From positions 6,697,047 to 6,761,046 of the forward strand of contig NC_047066.1 in the NCBI RefSeq assembly GCF_902459465.1: a stretch of 64,000 nt of DNA, in the 5' to 3' direction. Position 1 is the stretch's first letter, and each line of letters opens with the position of its first letter. Origin of the DNA: Asterias rubens (taxonomy: Eukaryota). Shown here piece after piece: positions 9,957-20,525 of the stretch. Made by a program: the position numbers and the translations under genes. The notes below the pieces were generated by a model. The model searched no databases. It was given only the letters and a program-made list of their open reading frames with translations, and was not told where the DNA came from.

Positions 9957-10770
9957 CACTGCGCCGTCAAATAAAAGTAAAGACCTACTGAATATTGGCC
10001 TCCCTCCTCACTCTCAGTCTGTGACACAGCCGCAAGATTCCTTTGTAGATTGGACCGGCCGGGTTGTTTCAGGGGGGAAAAAACATCAAAGCGGGGATTA
10101 GGCGGTCTCACACAGACTACCGAAAACTACAGTGTGTCTGCAGAACGCCAGGGTCACTGCATGCTCACTGCACCACCACGTGTGTGCTGCACCACCACGT
10201 GTGTGCAAGTAGCGCTAGCGCAAACTTATTAGTCATGCAAACAATAGAGCAGTCTGTCATGCGCAGACGTTAACATCTTAAACACATGTAGTAAGTAATG
10301 GCCCCTAGTTTTACACCCCATTGGTTTGGAGTAAAACCAGAAGAATAGGTCATTACAACACCTCTCTTATATGCTACAACTGTCTCTTCTACAACTTTCA
10401 CTGGGAGTTTGAAGACTGATGATGTTAAATTTAATTAATCGCGATTATCGAATATCGCGATATATTGTTGGCGATATATCGTGAATAAAATAAATCGATA
10501 TCGCCCAAGCTTAGTGCCATACGAAAAGTTATCCTATCTTTCTTTAAAAATATTCCCTATAAATAAGCTTTACGTTCACAAAAACCAATAAACTTGGTTT
10601 TTAGTTTCAGACCATGTTGACATACAAAACTCTGACTGGTGAGGGACAACAGCGCCCTCATTGGCAATTGCAGTTGAGAAAAAAAGAATGAACACAAATA
10701 TCTGAACAATTCCGACAAAAGTCACGAGTCGAAGTTGAAAGAAAATAAACCTTATATAATAGAAACTTAC

Positions 10771-10890
10771 ATGTGGTGACTTTGATGTGACAGTACTTTG
10801 CGAAACATCACATCCATTTTCACATCCATTTTCACATGATAAACAAGTTCTTATGCCCTTACACCCACATTTCTCTCCCCAATCCACCAT
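10771..10890 (-). CDS. ALKBH4: ALKBH4 exon 1 (MVDWGEKCGCKGIRTCLSCENGCENGCDVSQSTVTSKSPH)
   Basis: Start ATG (plus-strand cat at 10888-10890). The CGCKGIRTCL motif is shared with human ALKBH4 (ECGCKGIRTCLIC). Donor cat|gtaagt at 10771. Confidence 0.7.
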
Positions 10891-12448
10891 TTTCACACAT
10901 GCGCGTATAGTCCAGTACATGTAGCCCAAATACACACGACTACGCATGACGATGAACGCGCCCAATAGCCCCAAAATTGGGCTTGGATATCGCCCGATTA
11001 TGGGATATCCTCAAAGAGGGCGCTATACAAATTATACAGCGCCCTCCTCCTCCTTTTCTCTTTGTGACGGCGACGCGGCGGTCATAGGTTGGCTCATATT
11101 TTTCAACGGATCGTCTCAAAAAAGTTTGTCGTTTTGCAAGATCTTGAGGTGTTAGCTTCTGAGAAGGCAAGGAAACATTCATCGATTCGTAAGTAACCTT
11201 TTCGTAAATAAATTCTATTAATTCAAACAGTGGATGTTCTCGTTTCATGGGAGTGTCGATCGCGCCACTTTGCTCAATTTTGAGCGACATTTTTTTTTCC
11301 AGGGGCGCGTCGCGACCAGTAACAAATTTTCAAACATGAGATCGCAGTTTTTAGACATTATTTTAATGAATCTTTATTGATTACAATAAATCATATTTTA
11401 CCAGATATTCTGGACGTGCTAAAAATGGAAAAAGTGAGGTGATCTTGTATGAATTTCAGGTTAAATATCCTTTCACTTGCCATGGTCCCAAAATTATTTT
11501 TATATTTTGATGATTTTTTCCATCTCGTTTCCGTCTGTAGAGGGCGCTGTAAAAATACAATTTGCATGTTTGTTTTGGTTTCATTCAAAAGTTTTACTGA
11601 GTCATTTTTGACTGAAAACAAGATTGCAATGGTACCTCACGGGGGTTCCCATGAAATTTGAAACAGGATTACTAACATGAATTTTTAATTTAAAAATTTA
11701 TAATTTGCAAAACTATAGTAGAGTTGGCCTGCACAGGAAATAAAATTACTCAAATAAAAAGTATTATTGGAGTGAATGACCAGAGAGAAGAGACCAAAGC
11801 CAAAGGTTTAGGCAGTTTTTTTTTCTCCAATTATAATATATCACTGTATCAAATGGTACAACATTATCTGTTCAGTTCCATTGTTTTATTAAATTAAATG
11901 TTATGGTCTGAAAATCGTCCAATGTGATTTACTTTCTCACAGACTAAAACACTTAAAAAATGCCACTCTTTTCATGTCCTTGAATGTTATTTCTTTCAAT
12001 TCAATTCAATTCAATTCAATTAACTTTATTTCCAACTCCAAACAAGTAAACAAAACAATTAGGAGTGAATCAAGAATTATGTTTTACAAGCAAATGGAAT
12101 AATGATAATACATGAAGTAATAATACAACATTTACAAGCAAAAGCAAAATATAAATTACGGAAAACAAAACAAAACCAAAACAGCACAAGGTGATGGGGT
12201 TGTAGGGGGCCCATAAAAAGCAATGCTTGTCGAGGATAGACCCCCCCCCCCCTTACGGAAGCAAAACTAATAGGTGGAAAGAGCGAGTAAAATGTAGTGG
12301 CATAAAAAATCAGTTTACAAAAAGAAACAAACACAATACAGTAGGCGCTATTCTAAATAAATTCTAAGCAATAAATTAAGAGCTTAACAATAAAATATCA
12401 ACTTAACCATTTGTTTTTTTGCCCACAACTTTAATCCAGTATAGAAAG
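10891..12448. promoter_or_regulatory. Putative bidirectional promoter / intergenic region between divergent ALKBH4 (-) and LRWD1 (+)
   Basis: The two start codons lie 1.56 kb apart on opposite strands. CpG-dense blocks at about 10950-11110 and 11240-11320 (cgcgcc, ggcgacgcggcggtc, gtcgatcgcgcc, ggcgcgtcgcgacc). Confidence 0.5.
11998..12033. repeat. Microsatellite (caatt)n x ~6, upstream of LRWD1
   Basis: Direct observation. Confidence 0.9.
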
Positions 12449-13432
12449 ATGTCAGAAAACGCTAACATCCCCGCTGAACCAACACCTACAGAGCCCGATC
12501 TGGTGCCCCCTGCTGAAGAAGCTGCACCCATTCTCCAAGTCGAGCCTGCCATTTCAGAAGAAGCTCCTGTCCCTGAAGACGATTCCACTCCACAACTCCT
12601 GGCAGCAGTCGAGCCCGAGCAGACCCTTGACCTCATTCCAGAGGCCCAAGTCGAAAGCGTCCCAGTCCTTCAACCGGAATCAGTGCCGGAAATCCCAGCA
12701 GAGGCGATCCAGAATGCAGCGGAGCTAGCCCAGACTGTGACTTCAGAGAATGTTCTCCAGATCGCCCTTGAGGCGGTCCAAGCCGTCGCGGAAGCTGTAC
12801 CCACAGAGGGCATTCCGGAGCAAGTTGCCCAGCTCGCCCCGCAAGAAGCAGCCGAACCGACGGTCGAGCAAGTGATGTATCCAGTCGCCGATCAGATTAT
12901 TCCCGTTGAGATCATCAATGCTCCACAAGAGCAGCAAGAGGGAGAGCAAGTCGCTGAACCCGTCCTGGAGGCCGTCCTGGAACCCGTCATGGAATCTGCC
13001 CTGGAACCTGCCATGGAACCTGTCCTGGAAACCGCCCTGGAACCCGCCTTGAACGAGGTGGCTCCTGAGCCCCAGGTCGAACAGACCCTAGCTGCCATGC
13101 CAACTCTAGAGCCGCCATCCACTGTGCAACCCTACAATCCTCAACACACCGCCCCGGCCATCTCTCCACCCAAGATCACATCCTACACGGCTGTTCACAC
13201 GACGACCGGCATCATGCGTTACACGCCAGGGATAATGTCTGCCCTCGCTGGCAAGTATTCCAACAGCAGTCAGTTAGTGGAGCAGCTGGTACTCAACTGC
13301 GCTGGGTGTATCTCCCTGTCGGATATCCGCGTTCTGGACATGTCCAATCGAAAGATCATGAACCTTGACCCCGCTGTGTTTTCCCGGATGCCGGAGCTGG
13401 AAGAACTGGACATTTCCTTCAATAAAATAAAG
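12449..13432 (+). CDS. LRWD1: LRWD1 exon 1. ATG, then a long acidic/Pro-rich low-complexity extension, then the first leucine-rich repeats (LVLNCAGCISLSDIRVLDMSNRKIMNLDPAVFSRMPELEELDISFNKIK).
   Basis: Long ORF with LRR consensus at its 3' end. Donor aag|gtactaag at 13433. The ORF track's TTG at 12419 is rejected in favour of the ATG at 12449. Confidence 0.75.
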
Positions 13433-13977
13433 GTACTAAGAATAAATGTTCATTGTAACCCTTGGTGCGACTCTAATAAAACACTTTAAGGCAAGGTATA
13501 CTTTTGGGAATTGTCAAAGACCACTTTCCTCACTTGGTGTATTCAACATATACAATACCTGTGAAAATTTGGGCTCAATTGGTCATCGGAAAAAATCCCC
13601 TTGTTGAATAGAATTATGTGCTTTCAGTTTGTTTTTTTAGATGCCCAAGAAACCTATTTAACTCCATGCACCATTTTGTTTGAAATTCTGAGGCCTCGAA
13701 ATCAAATTCAAATATTTTAGTGAGAAATGACTTCTTTCTCGAAAAGGACGTTCTTCAGAGGGAGCCATTTCTCACAATGTTTTATACTATCAACATCTCT
13801 CCATTGATTGCTACCAATTAAGTTTTTGTGCTAACAATTATTTTGAGTATTTCCAGTGCCTTTAAGCAATGGTTACTAAGCCTCAGTATCCTTCACTGGA
13901 AGGAATTGGGACGGTAAGGTCCTTCGTTTTAACTTATAAGAGCCATTGTTTTTTCATACCAGGGTTTTCCAACGCAG

Positions 13978-14094
13978 CTTGGCCTGAGGAAGCTGAGATA
14001 CCTGAACCTCAAGAAGAACTCCCTCAAGAGTGTCTTGACACTGGAGCAGTTCCCCAACCTGGAGGAACTCAATATTGACGAGAATGACCTGAAC
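13978..14094 (+). CDS. LRWD1: LRWD1 exon 2 (LGLRKLRYLNLKKNSLKSVLTLEQFPNLEELNIDENDLN), LRR
   Basis: Acceptor aacgcag|ctt and donor aac|gtaagt. 117 nt, phase 0. LRR periodicity. Confidence 0.8.
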
Positions 14095-14687
14095 GTAAGT
14101 AGGATTTCAAGCAACCTCGTTTCTGGGGGTGATAAATCTCGCAGTCCCAGTAGGCAACTCGCTTAAAACCCCTGGAATTGGTTCAATTTTTCTGACATCT
14201 GGTACATCTTAAGTTACGCCTTTTGCCAATCCACTCTTCGCACCCGCTCAAGTACGGTAGCCTGCAAAACACGGCATCAAGTCAAAGAGCGACTGATCTC
14301 CTGAGATTTTCTTTGATTGTTGAGGTGCGAGGTTTTATGTCCTCACTTTTAAGTGATTTCTGTTGGACCCCCAGAGTTCAGCAAAATGTTGCAATGCGAG
14401 TGAGGCTGTCACAGTTTATCACAAACAATACATTCCATTTGGTTTGGGCAGAAGGACCATTTCTTCCAAGGAAATCTTATCCCATACTGAGAAATGTTCA
14501 TCATTTGAATATTGATCACTGGGCCTGATAATAAACCATGTTTATTAGAAACAACGAACTGATACTTTTAAAATCTTGTGACACCTAGAACAATAGAAAA
14601 CGAATGTTGAAATGGAAACGAAACACTGGTAGATTCAAAGAAGGAAAAACAAAATCGTATAATTTCTGTTTAATTTCTCATGTGTAG

Positions 14688-14801
14688 CCCCCTGATCAGT
14701 ACATAGCTGTGTACTTGCTGCCCAAGCTGAAGAAACTCAATGGTAAAGATGTGGACATCCGGGACACCATTCAGACAATGGAGGACACCCTAAGGTCAAA
14801 G
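14688..14801 (+). CDS. LRWD1: LRWD1 exon 3, LRRcap-like (PPDQYIAVYLLPKLKKLNGKDVDIRDTIQTMEDTLRSK)
   Basis: Matches human LRWD1 …LLPTLRKVNGKDASSTYSQVENLNRELTSR. Acceptor tgtgtag|ccc and donor aag|gtaaga. Confidence 0.8.
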
Positions 14802-15227
14802 GTAAGATAATTATGAGTATGTGAGGTCGTTTTGTGTTAATCCTCATCCAATTTCAATGTCCTTTCCAAAGACACAAATTTCAACCAAGTTGGCCCAGTC
14901 GTTACTGATTGATGGTAATTTGAATATCAGCGGTTGCGCTATTATCTGATCACCTCCACTCACGCATTTGTACCGAAACCAACGAGAAAGAGAATGCTGT
15001 TGCGTAAAAGACTCTTATCGGATGGAGCTTAACTTAAATTTGAGCTTGTTAAGCAAAAAATACCCCATAAACCAAATTTAAGCAAATTTGAAGAGGGTAG
15101 GGTTTAAAATTCAATTTTTTTTGGGGGGGGGTGGTGATTTGACAAATGACCCTGTATCCATAAAGAAGACAACACATCATTTCAACATCAACAAATGTAT
15201 ATATATATGGGGTTTTTGTTGTTGTAG

Positions 15228-15380
15228 ATGTTGAAGATCTGGGAGGAGGAGTATGCTGCTCGGAATGAGATGCCCCTCAACAAGGCCGAGACGAGATCAC
15301 TGGAGACAGAGTTTGTTGAACGCCTCAAGGAATCCATCCAGTACGGACCAGGCTCCCTGGTGGAATTCACTCATCACATG
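15228..15380 (+). CDS. LRWD1: LRWD1 exon 4 (MLKIWEEEYAARNEMPLNKAETRSLETEFVERLKESIQYGPGSLVEFTHHM)
   Basis: Matches human …HWEKFMATLGPEEEAEKAQADFVKSAVRDVRYGPESLSEFTQWRVRM. Acceptor gttgtag|atg and donor atg|gtgagt. Confidence 0.85.
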
Positions 15381-15823
15381 GTGAGTCAGAGTTTCCTGAC
15401 GATGCCTAGAGCAGGCTCAATGAAAATGACCCCCTCAATTTTCTATCCTCTGCCAAGGTAGTAGTTTATAAGGAGGACAGTTCTTTTCAGAACTGGAATA
15501 AGTTTCCAAATAAATTTGAAAACCTACTCAGTGGAAGTAGAGAAGTCTCTGAATTCCCCCAAAATGTACTCCGCGGTTGTAAAATATACATGTTGAGTAA
15601 GACAAGTTCTCAAAAGGAATATAATCTACCCAGCAAGAAGATAAAAAACATGGTGTTTCCTTGTCATCTTTTACTTGGATCTTTACAAAATCAATCAATT
15701 ACAAAATATCACGAATAAGATTGTAAAAAGTTAGCTCCGAACAAATTGTCCCTCTACAGTTTATTTTAGTTGTTTGTTGCATCGAATTTAAGAAAGTGAG
15801 CTTCTTTTGTGTACATTTTACAG

Positions 15824-16504
15824 CTGTCGGTACTTGCGGAGAAGCACGTAACCACGCAGACTGCCTACTGGCGCAAGACGGTTCCCGAACTCATCTCCAC
15901 CTCAAATCAGAGCCCGTCCGCCAGCAAGATCAGCATCAAACTGCCCATTAAAGCCGAGTCCCCGACGCCCGACGACGCGGAGAAGCCACAGGGAACTTCA
16001 AACTCTCTCGCAGCGAGCTTAGAGGCGGCCGTCAAGGAATCAGACGCAGAGTTGGCTGGCGATGCCGGCGAGGAGACCCCCATGAATGAAAATGATGCTC
16101 CAGACGCACCAGCCGACACCCCTGCAACACCAAAGCAAAATTCCCCCGCCCAGGCCGTGACTAAATCTCCAAGGAAGATAACTGTGGTTGCCGCGGGGAG
16201 TAAAAGTCCCGCAAAGACCCCGACGAAAGCCACAACGTTGAAGAGGGCTGCGGCGTCTGAAACCAATGCTACGAACGGAGACGAACCAAATGCGAAGAAG
16301 GCTAAAGAAGGTGACGAGGAGGAGGCGGTAGTTAAGAAAAAGAGGGGCAGGCCGATCGGTTCGGGAGGCAAGTACACCAAGAAAGACCCAGGCAAGCCCA
16401 AGGCCATCAAGACGGAGCCTAAATCAGAGTCTAGAGTCAGGGCGGCCGCTGCTAAGCTAGCGGCTAGTGTTACAAGTGTTAGTAGTGATGACAAGAAAGA
16501 GAAG
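15824..16504 (+). CDS. LRWD1: LRWD1 exon 5, a large Ser/Ala/Lys/Pro-rich linker containing an AT-hook-like KKKRGRPIGSGGKYTKK segment
   Basis: 227 codons, phase 0 to 0. Acceptor ttttacag|ctg and donor aag|gtaaaa. Corresponds to the low-complexity linker between the LRR and WD40 regions of LRWD1. Confidence 0.7.
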
Positions 16505-16715
16505 GTAAAATACAGAGTTTTGGATGATTTTAAATGTTTCAAGTTTAAAGACTTTTTGACTGATTTGGGGGGTTTTACCCAAACAGTTGGGCTATAGTTT
16601 ACAAACGCTGTGTAGCTCCAGTGTATAACATTTATCTAGCGGGAACGATGTAGCTACACATTTTTTATAAACCTCATTTTTTTTATAAACCTTAACTATT
16701 TTTTTGACCTTACAG

Positions 16716-16836
16716 AAAGTGTCGAGTGGATACGAGGTGATTCACATGCTCCGATGCCACTCCATGGAGAATGACCCGACTGATGCCAAGACCAACGTCT
16801 GGAAATGTGCATTCGAGCCTAGCTTAGAGAAACCAG
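16716..16836 (+). CDS. LRWD1: LRWD1 exon 6 (KVSSGYEVIHMLRCHSMENDPTDAKTNVWKCAFEPSLEKP-)
   Basis: Matches human …HFLQCHSKNNSPQDLETQLWACAFEPAWEEG. Acceptor ccttacag|aaa and donor cag|gtcagt. Confidence 0.75.
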
Positions 16837-17120
16837 GTCAGTATGGCACACCTTTATAACTAGAACTGGGAGTCCCCTTTAGGCTTCTGGAAGCACACAA
16901 ATTTTCTTTCATTGTTTTCTTGCAAATTTGATGACCAATTGAGTAAAAACTTTTGCAGATTTGTTATTTGATGCATTCCGTTGGGATACACCAAGTGATA
17001 ATACTGTTCTTTGAAGGTTACCGAAGGTGTCCAGTGACTTGGCAGTTATACATCTGTAACCCTAACCCTAAAAATCTTAAACTCGTCCATCTTGTTAACT
17101 ATCTTCTCTTATTCTTACAG

Positions 17121-17227
17121 GTACAAGTAAGTGGACGGTAGCCTCTTGCGGAGGCAACACGGTGTGTGTCATTGACTGCAGTACGGGGAAAGTGCTCAAG
17201 AAATACCAGCATGCTAAAGACAAGGAG
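17121..17227 (+). CDS. LRWD1: LRWD1 exon 7 (GTSKWTVASCGGNTVCVIDCSTGKVLKKYQHAKDKE), first WD40 blade
   Basis: Matches human TCGGEAVCVIDCQTGIVLHKYKAPGEE. Acceptor ttcttacag|gt and donor gag|gtaggt. Confidence 0.85.
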
Positions 17228-17576
17228 GTAGGTCTTATCTCGTCTCATAACAAGCTTAAGTACCAATACAAATTTACAATTTTCTCATAGAAGTCCCCCT
17301 TCTAAGAGGAAAATTGCTTTGCCCCTTTAAAACTGGTCCCTCCTTTTAGCAACTCCCTTAATACACAGCTTTGAGTTGTGCCAAACAGAGCACATGACCC
17401 AACAAACTTGCTGAGAACCATCAAGCTTTTCTTCTAAGAATATTGAAGAAAAGATTCAGTATTCTCTCAAGAAAGGAGAAAATATCCCCCAGTAACCAGA
17501 ATTCAATAATCATGATCAATGATCGATCCACTCATAAAATACTCGTAAATTATCTGTTGATTTCTCGTCTGACTAG

Positions 17577-17790
17577 GAGTTCTACTGCGTTGCATGGACC
17601 ACCATCCCAATGGAAGCAGACGAGGAGGGAGCTGAGAAATGTAACATCCTGGCCGTAGCGGGCACCAGGGGCAGCGTCAAGCTCCTACACACCAGCCAGC
17701 TACTCTGCTACTCAGAGATCAAGGGAGACAGGCGTCCGAGACCCATCAATTCACTGCTGTTCCATCCGGTTAACTCGACCTGGCTCATGT
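17577..17790 (+). CDS. LRWD1: LRWD1 exon 8 (EFYCVAWTTIPMEADEEGAEKCNILAVAGTRGSVKLLHTSQLLCYSEIKGDRRPRPINSLLFHPVNSTWLM-)
   Basis: Matches human EFFSVAWTAL…LAAAGLRGLVRLLHVRAGFCCGVIRAHKKAIATLCFSPAHETHLF. Acceptor gactag|gag and donor atgt|gtgagt. Confidence 0.8.
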
Positions 17791-17857
17791 GTGAGTTTTC
17801 AGATTGGTTTAATTTCGTTTTATTTATTCTTCTTCTTCCTTTCTGGAAGTGCAGCCT

Positions 17858-18170
17858 TCATGATTGAAGACAAACACACTGCCAGACACACCGTGGCAAA
17901 CCCCTTTTCATGATTGAAGACAAACACACTGCCAGACACACCGTGGCAAACCCCCTTTTCATGATTGAAGATAAACACACGGCAAGACACACCGTGGCAA
18001 ACCCCTTTTCATGATTGAAGATAAACACACTGCCAGACACACCGTGGCAAACCCCTTTTCATGATTGAAGATAAACACACTGCCAGACACACAGTGGCAA
18101 ACCCCTTTTCATGATTGAAGATAAACACACTGCCAGACACACCGTGGCAAAACCCCTTTTCTTTGCAATA
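17858..18170. repeat. Minisatellite, ~61-bp unit x 5 (cttttcatgattgaagacaaacacactgccagacacaccgtggcaaaccc) in LRWD1 intron 8
   Basis: Direct tandem units. Generates the artefactual overlapping minus-strand ORFs at 17858-18379. Confidence 0.85.
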
Positions 18171-18194
18171 AGTGTGTACTTGTTTTTTGTACAA

Positions 18195-18320
18195 AAAACG
18201 AAGCAATGGTTAAGTGTCTTGCTTAAGGACACAGTGTAACGGCTGGGACTTGAGCCCTCGCTTTGCTGATCAGAAACACCAGAGCTTGAGTTTAGTACTC
18301 TTATCGCACGGCCACGACAC
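18195..18320 (-). mobile_element. tRNA-derived SINE, family 1 copy (LRWD1 intron 8)
   Basis: Same head and body as the 2255-2430 copy. Confidence 0.6.
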
Positions 18321-18748
18321 CCCTGGTTGTGAATTTGAAAGACTATCAGAAAAGCAAAATTAATCACCGTACTAGCCAAGTACCCAAATGCAGAGAAGAC
18401 AAGGAAGGAAGTTTCAGTCTTAGATGTGGGAGGAAAATCTCAGAGGATTATTCCAGGGAAAAAGCCCACGCAGTCAAGTAGGGACTGAAAACCCAATCCA
18501 CATAGTGCCCCATGCAATTCAAAATGAGGTTTTATAGGTTGAAAGTGAGGAAAGAAACCACTCCGCCCACCTGATTACCCTAATGGTTATTAATTTAATC
18601 CTGCAACTTTCCATTACATTTGTTAGTTGACAACGAATTGGAAATCATCCAACTGCATTGGTTGCATTGGATAGTACAACTGCGCACAGAAACACGACAA
18701 GATAACAACATGAAAAATGACTTTTACTTCTTATCGTTTGTTTTCCAG

Positions 18749-18818
18749 GTGGGTCAGAAGACATCATCATCTGGGACATTGGAATTCCAGAGGGGCCAGA
18801 CTATAAATGCAAAACAAA
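18749..18818 (+). CDS. LRWD1: LRWD1 exon 9 (-CGSEDIIIWDIGIPEGPDYKCKTK-)
   Basis: Matches human TASYDKRIILWDIGVPNQDYEFQ. Acceptor ttttccag|gt and donor aa|gtaagt. Phase-consistent. Confidence 0.75.
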
Positions 18819-18984
18819 GTAAGTAGACAGGTAGCTTTTTACTATCATTATCTTTAACCGTGTAATTTTATTGTAAATTTGTGGACGTTTGTGTTTTGTG
18901 TCGTACAAGAAGTATCCAAACCCTTTAAACTTTGCAAAGCCACGTCTTCATTTGTGTTTTCCCTTCTGTTTTTAATCTTTGCAG

Positions 18985-19125
18985 AAAGATGTATCACCTG
19001 GCCGCCCCCGGTCGTGTGCTCGGCCTCGTTGCCTTGCCGTCAACTGACTTCATACTGGCAGGATGTGAAAACGGTTGCTACGGATGGAGGATAGATAATA
19101 AACAACCCTTCGGCAAGAAGGGAAG
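18985..19125 (+). CDS. LRWD1: LRWD1 exon 10 (KMYHLAAPGRVLGLVALPSTDFILAGCENGCYGWRIDNKQPFGKKG-)
   Basis: Matches human …DARLLAGCEGGCCCWDVRLDQPQKRR. Acceptor tttgcag|aaag and donor ag|gtaaat. Confidence 0.8.
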
Positions 19126-19628
19126 GTAAATAACCTCTGCCACGTCTTTGAGCCGGCGGAAACGCTACTAAGTCCCACAAAGCTCAATACACTACACCCC
19201 AAATACTGAATATTTTGTTATCGAAAAACCTATGAATAAACTTGATTGATCACAATCAATTCGAATCTATTGTGCTAATTAGTCATGCGTGCATGAAGTT
19301 TGCATATCTCGACCAAATAAGGGAATTTACACTGGAGTGTTGGGTATTTGAAACTGGGTATGGATTGCGCCTCGTATAAAAAGTATGGATCCCTAGAACG
19401 GTCATGATTTGTTAAAAATAAATACCATCATAAGAACCAAATAAATATATTCACATCAAATTACCAAAGTTATATCAACTGAAAATGCATGCGCAACAGA
19501 TGAATATCAAAACACATCACAATGAAAGTAAGCCTCATTTTTCATTTCATTTATAAAAATAAAAAAAACAGAATTCCAATTTTCAAGATTTGATGTTCAT
19601 AAGTAGTTTTCCTGATTGGTTGTTGCAG

Positions 19629-19759
19629 AGCACACAGCGTGGAGTTTCTTCTGCCGAGTAAAGCGCGTCTCGCTGAAGCCATCAAGGGTGATGAAGAGGA
19701 GGAGGAAGGGGAGGGTGATATGATAGATGGACTGGCTCTACTCAACGATAAACTAGTCG
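19629..19759 (+). CDS. LRWD1: LRWD1 exon 11 (RAHSVEFLLPSKARLAEAIKGDEEEEEGEGDMIDGLALLNDKLV-)
   Basis: Matches human VCEVEFVFSEGSEASGRRVDGLAFVNEDIV. Acceptor ttgttgcag|ag and donor tcg|gtaaga. Confidence 0.8.
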
Positions 19760-20369
19760 GTAAGAGACATCGAGGACCAATGGGAGACTTTTTTTTATGT
19801 ATTTTTTTGTATGCAAGTTTGCCCCAGACAAGGCTGGAAGTCACTCTTGGTTGGGGCTACAAGACGAAACATTGTTTTAAGTGTATATAGCTCAGGGGAG
19901 CTCAAGGTAGGAATTCATATTCTTCTTATACCAGTCTAACTGTAGGATGCACCGGTCAAGGAGTCCCAGTACATGGAATAAAGCTGTTGGAATTGCTCCT
20001 TGTTCTGTATATTTCAGCAAAGCAAGAGTGCATGGGTGAGAAGAAGCAGAAAGTCTGGTTTCACGCTCAAAAATTCCAATATTTAAGCATAACAATTTTG
20101 AGACGGGTTTTTGAATTATGAGACCAGTCAATGTAGCACAAGGTGCTGTGGTGCATTCAACATCCACTGCCCTACTGCGCAGTCTGGAGCAACCTAACTG
20201 GTTTTATCTTGATATCTTTTTGTGGATTTCATCTAAAGTAACAATTTGCTGATTATTTTGTTTGGCATATTGGCCGCAATTCACACGTATCGGCCTGATA
20301 CGCTAAGCTTGTGCATGGGGGACATAGCCATGTCCGAGTGTTACTAAAGGCACTTCATTTCCATTGCAG

Positions 20370-20525
20370 CCAGTAAAGTCGCGTGTGACGGAGCGATTCA
20401 TGTATGGAACCTCGTTGATGCGCACAAGAAGAAACCAGTCAACAAAGAAGTAGCTGTTACACCTCAATGCACACTGAAATGGTGCGACTCGGACAGTGTG
20501 TATCTAGATATCGGAACATGGCAAG
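20370..20525 (+). CDS. LRWD1: LRWD1 exon 12 (ASKVACDGAIHVWNLVDAHKKKPVNKEVAVTPQCTLKWCDSDSVYLDIGTWQ-), WD40
   Basis: Acceptor ccattgcag|cc and donor caag|gtaggt. Phases 1 to 1. Confidence 0.75.

Larger units (their letters stand above)
8956..10513. mobile_element. hAT-like non-autonomous DNA transposon carrying a BED-zinc-finger ORF
   Basis: Terminal inverted repeats taagcttgggcgata … tatcgcccaagctta. Flanking 8-bp direct repeat gcgccata / gtgccata (7/8 match; 8948-8955 and 10514-10521). Multiple subterminal atcgcgata / tatcgcgat repeats near both ends. Confidence 0.65.

Noticed and set aside
12419-12448. ORF-track start MPTTLIQYRK for LRWD1
   Set aside because: The first codon is TTG, shown as M under a bacterial-style translation table. 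This is a eukaryotic gene, so the first ATG at 12449 (MSENANIP…) is taken as the start.
15907-16542. 211-aa minus-strand ORF (…SSSSPSLAFFAFGSSPF…)
   Set aside because: It is antisense to the low-complexity GC-rich LRWD1 linker exon. The open frame is a compositional artefact with no splice context or homology.
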